Positions 51,020 through 63,817 of a stretch of 64,000 nucleotides of DNA are shown here, one piece after another; positions within the stretch are counted from its first letter, which is position 1, and each line of letters begins with the position of its first letter. The notes under the pieces are model-generated. The model saw only the letters and a list, made by a program, of their open reading frames with translations. It searched no databases and had not been told where the DNA came from. Source of the DNA: Hydrolagus colliei. Taxonomy: Eukaryota. Where the stretch lies: assembly GCA_035084275.1 (NCBI GenBank), contig CM068745.1:11532001-11596000 (forward strand), in the 5' to 3' direction. The position numbers and the translations under genes were made by a program.

Positions 51020-51895
51020 AACAACAACAACAAATTACACTTATAGTGTATAGCGTGTGACCCGAGCTGGGAGGGGAGTGTTTGGGATGGGGTGAGACAT
51101 GAAGGGGAGGTCGAAAAATTTGGGGTGGAACAAAAGGCACGGTCGAAGAGGAAAGTCTTCAAACCGGCCTTGAAAGAGGAAAGGGAAGAAACGAGACAGA
51201 GGGATTGGGGGATGGTATTCCATAGGGTGGGAGCGGAGAAACTGAAGGCCCGGCCTCCGATGGTGGGGCGGTTCGGGCGGGGGGCTTGGAGCAGGCCAAG
51301 ACCTGTTGAACGGAGGGTCCGGGTGGGCTTGTAGGGGGAAAGTAGATTGGTTAAATAGGGCGGGGCAAGGCCGTGTAAGGCCTTGAAGGTGAGGACGAGG
51401 ATCTTGAACTCGATCTTCTGGAGGATGGGGAGCCAGTGGAGACGGGCGAGGGTGGGGGTTATATGGTCGTGGAGGCGGGTGCGGGATAATACACGGGCTG
51501 CAGAGTTTTGGATGACCTGCAGCCTGTGAATGGAGGAACTGGGGAGGCCGATGAGGAGAGAGTTTCCGTAGTCCAGCCGTGAGGTGATCTACGCGTGCAC
51601 GAGTGTTTCGGCAGCATGGGGGGTGAGATAGTTGCGGAGCCTGGCAATGTTGCGCAGGTGGAAATAAGCGGTGCCGGTCAAGGCACGGATGTGGGGGAGG
51701 AAGGAGAGTTTTTGGTCGAACGTGATGCCAAGGTTCCTGACTGGCTTTGTGAGGTGGAGAGTACAGCCTTGGATGTTGAGGCTGGCAGCGCCCGATGTGC
51801 GAAGGCGCTGGCTTGAGCTGATCAGGAGGGCCTCGGTCTTACTCACGTTCAATTGCAGGAAGTTGTCCCTCGTCCAGGACTCAATGTCGGATAGA
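51020..51895 (-). mobile_element. 5'-truncated L2 LINE
   Basis: LSDIESWTRDNFLQLNVSKTE...VRNLGITFDQKLSF..HI...AYFHLRNIARLRNYLT; (CAA)n tail at 51020. Confidence 0.93.
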
Positions 51896-52554
51896 ATCAA
51901 TGCAGAATCAACACATTACATTAATTCATTCACCCAAAGTAGCAAGTTATCAGGACACTAATGAGGCATTCTTCGGATGAGATATTAAACTGTCGTCCCG
52001 ATGTCTTTTGAGATGATTGTTAAGGATCCCATATCACTGTTTGAAAAGAACGGGGAGTTTCTCTCAATATTGTAGCAAGATAAAATTGATCAGTCACTTG
52101 TGTGGCTGTTTGCAGGACAGTGTGGGCTGTACAAAATGCTAGTACTGTACTGTATCATTTATTTACTATTCCAATAATTTACACAGGTGGAAGTTTAAAT
52201 GAAATGTGCACCCTTTACAGCTTATCCACAGCTAGTTCCAGTGCACATACCTGAGTGAATTATGCAAATACCAGAGTTTTATTACAAAAATGGAGAAATG
52301 GGAACAGCAACCTGATGATGGTTTATATGATATGAACATGACCATGTCAGACAGTGATTTATATCACATGAGCACAGAGGGCCATATCACACAACTCGAG
52401 TTATTTATTTGAGATGGTTATAAAGGTAAACCACAGTTAAAATTTTCATTTAGATTCTATATGTAGAATGAGAAAGAGACAGTTACTGTTGTAACCATGG
52501 AGTATGACAATCGATATGCCGTTTCAAACATACTATCTAAGATTAAAAAAGGAT

Positions 52555-52852
52555 AATAATAAATTGGTCATTTCAATCCACAACTGTTTGTGGGACTATT
52601 GCTGTGTGCCATTGGCTGCCACATTTTATAATATAATAATAACATATAATAATCATACAACAAAATTGCAGTTATATAGTGCCTATCACGTCGGGAGGAC
52701 GTCCCAAAGCGCTGATAATATTTGCATTTGAAATATTGCCTTATCAGATTGTTGAGACGTCTCAAAGTGCTTCACAGAATATATTGTAAAGTGTACATTT
52801 TGTGGGTGAAATGTGGCAGCCAATTGTACACAGCAGTGTCCCACAAACTGTC
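52555..52852. mobile_element. SINE 3' modules (plus and minus) with an L2 tail between them (~52657-52714)
   Basis: Two opposed SINE modules; acgtcgggaggacgtcccaaagcgct hairpin. Confidence 0.75.
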
Positions 52853-53899
52853 GCGGAAGGGAGAAAGGGGGAAAAAAGAGTAAGGGGGGAGAGAGAGGGA
52901 AAGGTGGGGTGGGGTTAAGTCAGGGAGGAAGAGGGGGAAGAAAGGGGGTTTATCAATTATCAATGAATTGAATCAGTCTTGAGCCGATCTACTTTCTGTG
53001 ATGCAAATAATACTCCTGATGTACATCCTGCTGGGAATGTTTGCTTACATGCTTCATCCCTCTAAGACAAAAAAATACTGTCACCCCTCATAGACGAGAG
53101 TAAAATACTCTGATCAGCACGCAGGTAAATGCAGGGCATAAACATGTGCCAAAGCCGAATAATTAGGCTTATAACAGCTCAGTGTTGCCAATTCAAAGCC
53201 AACATTCAACCCTGGCATGGAACCAATTTGGTGTTCTGTTTTTAGTTTTATTTAGCATATCAGAGGGAAAGAACAGCGCAAACATAAAGCAAAAACCGAG
53301 CTCTGATCAATAATTCAGCATGAAGTCAGATTAAACGTCTAACAGCATCAGAGAGTTTGAGACTCTCAAGCCAGCTGGAAAGATTCAATTTAGTTCCTTT
53401 GTTCTGTTCTGTCAGGATGATATTAGAGTTGGCGGATGAGAAGTATTACCACAATTTGATGCTCATTGGGGACTTAGTACATGCTACCATGCACCTCGTT
53501 AGGAAAAATGAGTGGCCTCAGTAATGGATTCTATAATGTGATCAGTACTGTCCCCAAATTTAGCCCGAAATGGAGAGGTGAATCTGGTAGAACATAATTG
53601 CTTATACATTGCTATATCCAATTAGTTATGATCTTTAAAAGATATTATGAATTAATCATTTTCTTAACTCATTCCTTTCACCTTTTTATCTTTCATTTAC
53701 TTCATCGTTTTAACAAGTCATTCCGTCATGAAAACCTCTTGTGCAGTTCTGGGGAAACACTGTATTGATGAAGTTGACATTTGATTTAGGACAAGTTAAA
53801 ATGAGGACTGGCTTTTCAAATGGATGCCACACTATTAAAAAAAAACGTGATTTCTCCTGAAGTCCTTCATTCATTCTAATTGGTCAGTCACTTCATGAC

Positions 53900-54435
53900 T
53901 GCTTACTCCGTCTTGCTCCCCTCTCCATCTGTCTTTAAATCCCACCAGAAGACCTATCTCTTTAACCATGCTCCTTGCCCGTCTCCCCAGCTTCACTATT
54001 CAAAAGATCCAGCTCATTCAGAACTCAATGAGTTTCAGTACCCACATCTCATCAGTTCTGCGCAGGCTCCACTGGTTCCCCATCACTGAACAGGTCGACT
54101 TCAAGATCTTCACACTGGTGTTCAAATCCCTTCACTCTCTGGAACCTCCCTACCTCTCTGAACTCCACACCCGCCAATCCAACACCCGGAGCCTACACTT
54201 GACTGTCACTGGCCCCCTGCTCCTCCCTCACATCTTCCACTCCACCATTGGAGGTCGCACATTCAGCTACTATTCCCCAAAACTCTCTCAATCCCTCCAC
54301 CTTGCCCCCCTCTCTCCCCTTTTTCAAGTCCCCTCTTCATCAATTCTCATGGCCTCCTCCCCCACAGCTCGGAGTAAGGCTCCTGCTAAATTCTCTGCAT
54401 GGTGGGCAGAATATAAGTGCAAGTAGTTGCTGTTG
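53900..54435 (+). mobile_element. L2 3' fragments
   Basis: IQKIQLIQNS...LRRLHWFPITEQVDFKIFTLVFKSLHSLEPPYLSEL...IGGRTFSYYSP. Confidence 0.88.
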
Positions 54436-55809
54436 AACCTAAGGTCACCTTCTGCTTTCTCGCTTTCTTGCTTAGTATGCAACCCTGCATCATTCTGAGA
54501 CACTATCCTGAGTGAAGGATGGTATACAAATGCAAGTTGGGAGATCATGTTGCACAATTATTTGCTGCTTTTGCCTGTAAAAGTCATTGCACTTGACAGC
54601 AATTACATTAAAGCACTTTGAGATATTTATGTGTTTAATTTAAGGTATTATTGAAAATATATTCCTTTGGAGAGCAAACAAGAGAGGAGGAATAGACCTG
54701 TAGGTAATGTAGAGAACATACCAGGACAGATGTGTTGAATGAAATATAAACCCTACGAAATGCATTAAAATCAGACATATGTACAAAGGAACTTTCACAC
54801 GAGCTGTTTATATGGTTTACCATTATGCTTTCTGGTTCTCCCTGAATATCTTGTCAGAATAATCTGAGTTGTAAGTATATTATTTTTACCTTACTAATCC
54901 TGGTACATCCTGGTATTCTGCAGTACATAGCGGTGAAAAACTTTTCAAGCAGTGTATCAATCTTAAGAATAATCCTTGCATTTGATATAGCGCTTTTCAT
55001 GTCTTCTAGACATCTCAAAGTGCTTATACTATAGAATATACTGTAAAGTGAATTGATTGTATATTTTGTGGGCAAAATCTTGTTTCAATCTTCTAAGTTA
55101 CCAATATTGGTTTAGGGTGGGCTGTGTCCCACGGTCTCTGGAGAAAAAGCACGGACTCACTGATGTCTTTTTGTATCTGATGTGCAACTAAGTCACGAAA
55201 CTGGCAATAATATTCTTGAATTCTCCAGAAGGTAAATACTGTACAGTAAAATTAATACAAGTCTTATTTTCATAAATCTTATAGTCGAACATGCACCCAA
55301 TCCCAGCTGCAGCGACAAAGTACCACAAGCACATTGAGAAGATGCATTGAATTACACGTGCATGCACAGTGTACATTTTTGATTAAATCTGATTTTATAC
55401 AACTTGTAAAGTGTGTCTGTAACTCGGATTTTCTGAAAGTTATATTGAATGTTATGGTTCCGACTGATATGGCTTATGTGAGTTTTTTGTATATTATTTT
55501 TAATATACTATTTCAGGTTGATTTTTTTTTCTTTCCCCTCTGCTCTGCATTCCCCATTTGTCTCTTGGCAGAAATTAGCAGCTCAATATGTAAAGTATCA
55601 ATGATAAAACCACACTCCACGGCTCACCGCTGTCAGAAATAGGACAATTTCAAATATTCTCTTCATAGTTTCAAACTGGTTTACAATAACATAACTAAGC
55701 ATTTAAAATGGCTGACTCCGAATTAGCATTACTGGCACAAAACAGTCGTCAGAAACAGTTAAGCATTAGTTAATTAACAGATGGTTCCTGTTGCTTTTCC
55801 AGCTTCATC

Positions 55810-56215
55810 AGACTTTGGCAAAGACCGAAGTCCAGAGTTGTGTGTTCCAATCTCACATCAGGACATATTGCCTACAATCTAGGATGATATTCCAATACAG
55901 GGGAAGTGCTATATTGTTGGAAGTGTCGTCCTTCAGATGAGAAGTTGAGCTGACGTCCCAGCCGCCTGTTCAAGTGGATGTTATAGATCTCAAGACACTA
56001 TTTTGGACAGAGGAGTTTCTCCCTGTATCCTGGCAGCAGTGACCTAGAGAAAGAAAAAAAATCACATCAAGCTGTTAGTGAGACATTAATGTGATCTAAT
56101 TGATTGCTGCATTTGTCTGAAAATACAGTCACACAGTTAACAGAAAACTCTCAGAAGACCTTTGAGATGTTTCTGTGATAAAGCAGAATGTCAAATGTCA
56201 GCATTAATATTATTA
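55810..56215 (+). mobile_element. Deu-domain SINE
   Basis: gtcgtccttcagatgagaagttgagctga...cctgttcaagtggatgttatagatctc; degenerate tail. Confidence 0.65.
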
Positions 56216-57067
56216 ATAGACACTTGGACAAGGCTGGAAATTATTCAACAATAAACCAGGAATGTGCCCGTGCATTTGGGAGAGGGGGGAACAAAATTTG
56301 GGGAACAAAATACTCAGAATGAATTGTGACAAAGGTTTGAGACATCAGAGAAACACATGTCCCATCACATCCATTTCAAAGCAGCTGTTTAAATGGGGGG
56401 AAACAATTCTGATTCTCGCTGTGGCGAGAATTGTTTATATATTGTGAAGTAGATGGAGAAAGAGGTTTTAATGGGAGTGACCATGATGGACCTCTGGGCC
56501 ATTTATTGTCTCTTCCCCTCGATGTAAATGTTGCTTTTCTTTTGCCTCCACAACCCACAAAAATTAGCCAAGGTTGAAAGTAATTATCATTACTAATCTG
56601 CTTGCACAGCATAGGCAGTTGATTATATCAATAATGTCTCAGACCCTGCAGCTGGCTCATGGATGGGTTTTTATTACAGGATTCTAACATTGTAAAATGT
56701 TGAGAGACTGAGAATACTGAATATTTTGATCTGAATATTCTTGGTCGGGTCAAACCTGCTGTGGCTTGGGTCAATGCCAATGCAGCCTGGAGAGGCTGGA
56801 GAGGCTGGAGAGGTAAGGTCTTTTTCATCTGGAGCACAGCGGAGCTCGTCAGAGGAGAGAATCCTTGATGAGGGGCAGGCAGAAATCAAACTTGTAGTAT
56901 CTCAGTTTGCTAAGCAATTTGAGGTTAATACATGGAATATATTCACAAATGGCTAGGACACAGCTGAATATCAAACAAAATAAGTTAGGTTGTATATTTG
57001 TGGAAAGCAAATTTGATTTGTACGAGCAGTGTACGTCAACCGCTCTACCTGACAGCAACAAGCTGAG

Positions 57068-59360
57068 AGACCAACAACTACTTGCACTTATACAGCACCC
57101 TCCACACAGGGTACCATCCCAGAATGCCAAACAGTGGCGGAGCCTGACTCTGAACCAGGAGAAGGAGGAACGTGGCAACAAGCAACAACTAAATTACATT
57201 TGTATGGCACCTTTCATGTCGGAAGTTTCAGACCTGAGCTGGGGTCGGGATCGGTGAGGGTGGAGGGAAAGGAGGGGATTTGGGGTGACCAATGGGACTA
57301 TCGAAGAGGAGGGTCTTGAGGTGGGACTTGAAGGAGGCTAGCAAGGGGGCGAGGCGGAGGGATTGCAAATGGAATTCCAGAGGTTGGGGGCAGAGTGGCT
57401 GAAGGATCGCCCACCAATGGTGGGGTGGGTGCGTCAGGGGACATGGAGCAGGTCAGAGTCTACAACAACAACAACAAAATTACATTTATAGAGCGCCTTT
57501 CACGTCGGGAGCACGTCCCAAGGCGTTGAACAGGTCGGGAAACGAGCAGTGGGTAAGGGTTGGGATAGGGGCAGGGGGTAAGGGTTGGGATAGGGGCAGG
57601 GGGTAAGGGTTGGGATAGGGGCAGGGGGTAAGGATTGGGATAGGGGCAGGGGGTAAGGGTTGGTTCTAGGGGCAGGGGTTAAGGGTTGGGATAGGGGCAG
57701 GGGGTAAGGGTTGGGATAGGGGCAGGGGGTAAGGGTTGGGATAGGGGCAGGGGGTAAGGGTTGGGATAGGGGCAGGGGGTAAGGGTTGGGATAGGGGCAG
57801 GGGGTAAGGGTTGGGATAGGGGCAGGGGGTAAGGGTTGGGATAGGGGCAGGGGGTAAGGGTTGGGATAGGGGCAGGGGGTAAGGGTTGGGATAGGGGCAG
57901 GGGGAAGGAGAGTAGGAAAGTGGGGAGAGTTAGGACGGCAGCAGAAGGCACAGTTGAAGACGACGGTCTTGAGGCTGGCCTTGAAGGAGGAAAGGGAGGA
58001 AGTCAGGCAAAGGGTCTGCGGGATGGAGTTCTAGAGTGTAGGGGCAGAGAAGCTGAAAGCCCGGCCACCAATGGTAGGGCAGTTTGGATGGGGGACATGG
58101 AGCAGACCAAAATGGAGGATGGTTGGGCAGTTAGGGTGATGGATGCGGAGCAGGCTTGAGTCTGCTGAATGGAGGAACAGGCAGGCTATAGGGAGAAAGT
58201 AGGTCGGAGAGATAGGTGGGGGCAAGGCTGTGAATGGCCTTGGAAGTGAGGGTGAGGATCTTGAATTTGATCCTCTGGGAGATAGGGAACCAGTGGAGAC
58301 GGGCGAGGGTGGGAGTGATGTGGTCACGGAGCCTAGTGCGGTGGAGTACACAAACTGCAGAGTTCTGAATTATCTGCATCTTGTGAAGGGAGGAGCTGGG
58401 AAGGCCGACGAGGAGAGAGTTCCCGTAGTCGAGCCTTGATCAATCAAAATCAATCAAAACTTACATTTATATAGCGCCTTTCACGTCAAGAGGATGTCCC
58501 AAGGTGCTGTACAGTTAGGTAGGGACAAGAGCAGGGATGTGATGAATGCATGGACAAGTGTTTCGGCAGCATGGGGGTTGAAGCAGTGGCAGAGTCTGGT
58601 AATGTTGTGGAGGTGGTGGAAGGCAGTACCGGTTATGGCGCGGATTTGGGGGAGGAAGGAAGGGGTCTAATGAGTGGAAGGAGTGGACAGGTTAGGAGGT
58701 CGCAGAGGTAGGGTGGGACAAGGCCATGGATGGCTTTAAAGATGAGGACCAGGATCTTGAATTGAATCTTCTGGGTGATGGGGAGCCAATTAAGTCGGGT
58801 GCGAATGGGGGAGATGGGGTTATGGAGCTTGGTCCAGGAGACGACATGGGCTGCAGAATTCTGGATGATCTTTAGCCTAAGGAGGGAGGAGTTGAAGAGG
58901 AGAGTTTTCCGGCGAACTTGAAAGAGGGGAGAAAAGGAGAAAGGCGGAGGGATTAAGGGAGAATGTTCTAGAGTTCGTAATGGCTGATGAGTGCATGGGG
59001 CGGAGAGTGCGTGGGACGAGCAAGAGGCTGGTGCCAGTCAAGTGAAGGCCCTGGATGGTGGATTGGGCAATACAGATATCGGAGAGGTAGGGAGGTGCAA
59101 GGGAGTGAATAGATTTAAACACGAGTGTGAGGATCCTGAAGTCGACCCATTCAGTGATGAGGAGCCGTGGAGCCTGGCCTGAACTGGGGACATGTGAATA
59201 TGGAGTTTGGTCCAAAAACCAAACTCCATATGTGGGGGGAAGAGTTTTGAATGAGCTGTATCTTTTGAATGGTGGAGCTGGAGAGATCGGCAAGGAGTGC
59301 GTTGGAGTAATCCAACCAGGAGATGACAAACGTATGCACGAGGGGACAAATAACTGCCAA
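57068..59360 (-). mobile_element. Stack of L2 3' fragments (at least 5 pieces)
   Basis: L2 C-terminal peptides (ORFs 58131-58379, 58877-59434, 59151-59360) and tails at ~57070, 57177, 57462 and 58440. Confidence 0.9.
57551..57901. repeat. Minisatellite, 14 x 25 bp (GGGTAAGGGTTGGGATAGGGGCAGG)
   Basis: Units start at 57551, 57576, 57601, 57626, 57651 (26-bp variant), 57677 ... 57877; 11 of 14 are identical. Confidence 0.97.
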
Positions 59361-60674
59361 ACAAGGGTTATAATGGTCAAATGTGAGCTTCCACTCTGCA
59401 AATCACTGAATAATTGAAAGAATTTGTGCCACATTTGAGCATCTCAGAGCATACTACATCAAAAGGAAGTTTTCATTCTTTATACAAGGAGATCTTTTGT
59501 GTGTTTATCCCACGTGACAACTGTTGAACTGAAGGAAATCAGTCCCTTGCAATCAAATAGCTAACCATCACTCACAGTCTGAATTCACACATGAATAATG
59601 GGAAGTTGATTTAGGTACCAGAGGGAGACTAGCTTGCATGCAGGCATCCCTCTGGTAGAAACTATAGGGAATTCAATATCTCAGAGAAGGAGGGAATGGA
59701 GATAGTTGGTGACAAATGAAAAGAGCGATGATAGTCATAAACTGTTTGAGTTTTGTTTTAACAGTTTTATCATGCAATCCGAACTTCATGATATAACTGC
59801 CTTGTAATTGCTCCCACCAATTAATTATTCTCTTATATAATTTCACTCCATCATTTTCCAAAACAACTTTTATGTTGAAGTTGTTTTTCTTTCAGAAACA
59901 GCAAGCCCAAGGGCATGTTTGGAGCTCTGTAAAATAAGACTTCATTACTATTTGATGGAATACTATTAATGCTGCTGATTAATCTGTTGCGAAAATAGTG
60001 GCAGGAATGAAATCACCAGAGAAATGCAATCACACTATCTGGGTTGATTGGGGTTGATTAAGTGCAACATCTAGTTTATCAAAGCAGTAACCACACACTT
60101 CCCCAGCTTTCTAATGTCAAACAAAACAATGCCACAGCACACACATTTGACAGTTTAGAAGTTTTTTTCTGACATGAAAACATCTCAGAGAACTATAAAT
60201 CTTTTCTTTATTGAACTGTAGAAAGACCTTCAAGTTTGACGGTTAGAGTATAAGATGTCAAATGAGTGAGTCACTGACTCTTCTGAATGAAGCTGATGGT
60301 TGCCTAAAATCTAAAATCCATTTCCATGTGTATCGAAACTGAACTCAGATTGTCAGTTGCAATAAGTTATCCATTCCAGAAGAACACAATTAGCTTTAAA
60401 AACAAATTCAGTATTTCCATTAAATTGCAAAAAATCAATGTATTTTTTCAGCCCTAAATTATGTTAACATTTTCATCAGTCTGTTCTGGTTACGTAGATG
60501 CTGTTGTGATATCGTGTCACAACTGAACTTATCCAATGATACAGAGAGATGCATGTGATTTCTGCCTGTTACTGTACCAGTAATCATCAATCTTGCAAAA
60601 ATTCTTAAGCAATTACTGTACTTAAAATGACATGTGATTGTATTATTGCTCTACAAATTGATAACAACCTCCCC

Positions 60675-61080
60675 TAGTTGCTCAGTTTGGAAATGAATTG
60701 TGTTGTCTTGTGTTGAATAATGTTTCAGGTTTGATCCCGGGTTTGGGTTGACAACGACAACAACAAAATTAAATTTACAGAGCGCCTTTCACGTCAGGAG
60801 GACGTCCCAAGGCACTGAATAGCAGGGGTCAGGACCCGAGCAAAGTTAGCTAAGATTAGCCAGCGAGCTAGCTTAGTTAAGTATTTCCATTGAATTGCAA
60901 AAATTCTAGAAGCTAACTTTGGGAGGAGAAAATCAACTCTTCCTTATTGATTAGCCACATAGCCTCTGAGCCACATAATTAGTCCATCTCTCTACATTAT
61001 TGGGTAAATTCAGAATTGGACTGGGCTGTGACCTCTCTAGTTTGCTTATGCTTTTTGAGTGAGGTATCAGAGGTACTTGT
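60675..61080 (+). mobile_element. Degenerate SINE-like repeat with an L2 tail insert (~60751-60842, minus)
   Basis: gctcagtttgg...caggtttgatcccggg (A/B-box-like); insert (CAA)n-agcgcctttcacgtcaggaggacgtccc. Confidence 0.5.
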
Positions 61081-61432
61081 GGAAGTGTAGCGGTTAGAGC
61101 ATTCACCTCGCAAGCTGGAGGATCCAGCTTTGATTCCCGGGCACGACCACACTCCTCTGTTTACCCAGCAGTATGTAGGAATGCAGTTGTTAGTCGATTG
61201 GCGGATTGCTATCCAGGAGTAATAATTCCTTTAAAAATGAACTGAATTAAAATAATATTAATTTGCTCACTCATGACGGTTTGTGGGACACTGCTGTGAG
61301 CAATTATCTGCCACATTTTGCCCACAAAATATAGTCAATTCCCTTTAGAGTATATTCTGTGCAGCTCTTTAAGACATCTCAACAACATGATAAGGCATTA
61401 TGTCAAATGCAAGGTTTATTATTATGTTTATT
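61081..61432 (+). mobile_element. CORE-like SINE, long form
   Basis: ggttagagcattcacctcgcaag head; ctctgtttacccagcagtatgtagg; 3' module and tail. Confidence 0.85.
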
Positions 61433-63817
61433 ATTGCTTCTACTGCCCATGAAACTACCAGAGTAAGAAGAAGTATAAGGTTTAAAATATCAGGGGGCTG
61501 TACAGGAATGACACATCATTAAAATATGATTATAATAAAGACAATTTAGAATACAGTACAATACAAATTTACATAGCGCCTTTTAGATCGGGAGCATGGC
61601 CCAAAGCGCCCAAGGAAATATATGTTAATGATGTCTGAAATACACATAGTTTGTTCATATCTGTAGCTTTTTGGTGCTTGTGAAAGTTGATTAGGTTTAA
61701 GGCCATGAGAAATTCGAGGCTCAAGTGAAGAGATTACCTTCCGTCAACAATGGCGATGCAGACTGGTGACAGTAATCACGATCATTGCAATAGCGCCCAA
61801 TCACTGTTAGATATCATTGAGATGTCTCAAAGTGCTTCACAGAATACACTGTAAAGTGAATTGACTATATAGTTTGTACACAGAGGAAGACCAGAGAGCG
61901 GTCAACATAGTCAGAATGACTCAGCATTTTCTGGAGGCTTACAAACCAAATAGAGCGAAGAATTGTTTTTCAGCAGTTTCAAAGATCTTTTCGTAGAAAG
62001 TTTTTTTTATCAGTACGTTTTAAGTTTTTCGGCTTACATTTACGTTGTTGTTTCTTTTGGGATAACCTTCTGCTCCATCCTCAGTGGTACAATGTCATAA
62101 AAATGCATGAGGAACATCATGATGTGACCCCATGTTGATAAATGTTTTTTTTTCATCTTGTGAAAGTATTTTCAAAGCCAGTGCTAGCTATCCTATTAAA
62201 AGAAATGACAGGCAGATACCCTTTAATCAGTAATCAGGAGTTGCACTAGATTCAACAAGTATCAGGGAGAATTCTGTTGCTCAAGTTCTGAATGGCAGCC
62301 TGTTAAAAGGCCTGCAGAGAGGTCAAAGCACAGTACTGCTGTGCAGAGGCAGCATTTTGTTTCAGCACAAAATAACAATGTATTTTTATTTTAAATCCCA
62401 TTTGAAAAGGTCGATACCTCCTTTATCATTAATTGGATACGAATCAAATTAGTGAAATAACCCCATTGTAAAACTCCCAAATGCATTGAAGATAAGAAAA
62501 AATTACTTTATTTGTCTCATTTGAAGATTTAAAAGCTGAGGGTTTGGTAGAATTTGAAGTCAGGCTTTGTCATTCGTTGCGATAAAGAAAAAAAAAGGAC
62601 AGCTGACCCCAAGCAATTTTACAATAACACAGCCAGATGCCAATTATTTTCCTGAGGCAACAACAAACTTGCGATTTCATTATAAATGAAGGGAAAATGT
62701 CAAGAACTGTCAATAATTAATAAAGGTGGTAGCAATCATTCCCCCACCACCTCACGTCACAGGTCAGTCAGGGTTGAAGAGTACATATTCCTAAATAGCT
62801 GTGATAGTGATGGTCAAGGTGAATTAAATCAGTCCACCTATGGAATTTTCCTATAAAGTAATTAAAAACATTATTAAAGATTGGATAATATACAACAGTT
62901 CTTACGATCTATCACAGTGTGATAGAATGTTAGCAAAGTCACTGATAATTAACGGATGATTTTTCACGTGTGGTTGATTAAGGCTCTTTAAATAAGTACC
63001 AGTAATTGTCCACAAATCCCCCACAAGCCTACATGATATACAGAGTCTTTATTTACTACAATGACCAGTCAGAGGTGCAAAACCTCATAGCCTTACGAGC
63101 CTTAAAATCACTGTCTTAAAATTTAGGAACATGTAAAGCTTTAAAAAATTATTATAATTGAACTAGAAGTAAAAAAAGGATAGAATATTGCAAAAATTGA
63201 TTTAGATGAATAAATTACATAGAACGCTTTGTGTGGGTGGATATACTTCACATAAGACTCCATATTTCTTAATCAAATCTCCTATACTGCCATACTCCCT
63301 TCTCCCTTGTGTACGCAATTGTGGAAATAGATCTTGAGCCCTGGACTTCTTTTATATTATTAATAATAATACAGCTTAAGTGAATCTGATTAAATAATTA
63401 GCATCAAATTGTCAACTAAGACCGCATCATGCAACAAATTGGAAGAGTATTTTCACCAGAGCTCAAACTTTGCTTGCATAAATATTTTCTTATAATTAAG
63501 TGTTTCATGTTGTGGCCAATAAAATATGGATCTAAGTGTTATACATGACATCAAGTACTCATACAGATGAATCACCATTTATAATAAGCATGATGTTTCA
63601 TTGATGCATACTGTTGCCACAAGGGAAATTAAACAAGAGAGCAGTACACTCTAATTGTACTCTAATGACATGTTTTTCTTCTTGTGCCTATCTTCCTACA
63701 GTGAGTGTCCTGTTGGCCTTGCTTATCTCGAGCCAACACTAAAAAGCAACTAGAATGCCACAAGTTATTCTAAATAGTTTCTAAGATTCTTCAGAAAAGA
63801 TATAACCTTGAATATTT

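Noticed and set aside
56786-56818. Collagen-like PGEAGEAGE followed by a GTAAGG donor-like site
   Set aside because: A simple 9-bp triplication; no polypyrimidine acceptor, not Gly-first phase, and no other collagen exons in the window.
57679-57951. Proline-rich repetitive 90-aa ORF; also a CRISPR-like or telomeric appearance
   Set aside because: It is the translation of the 25-bp minisatellite; there are no spacers and it is not (TTAGGG)n.
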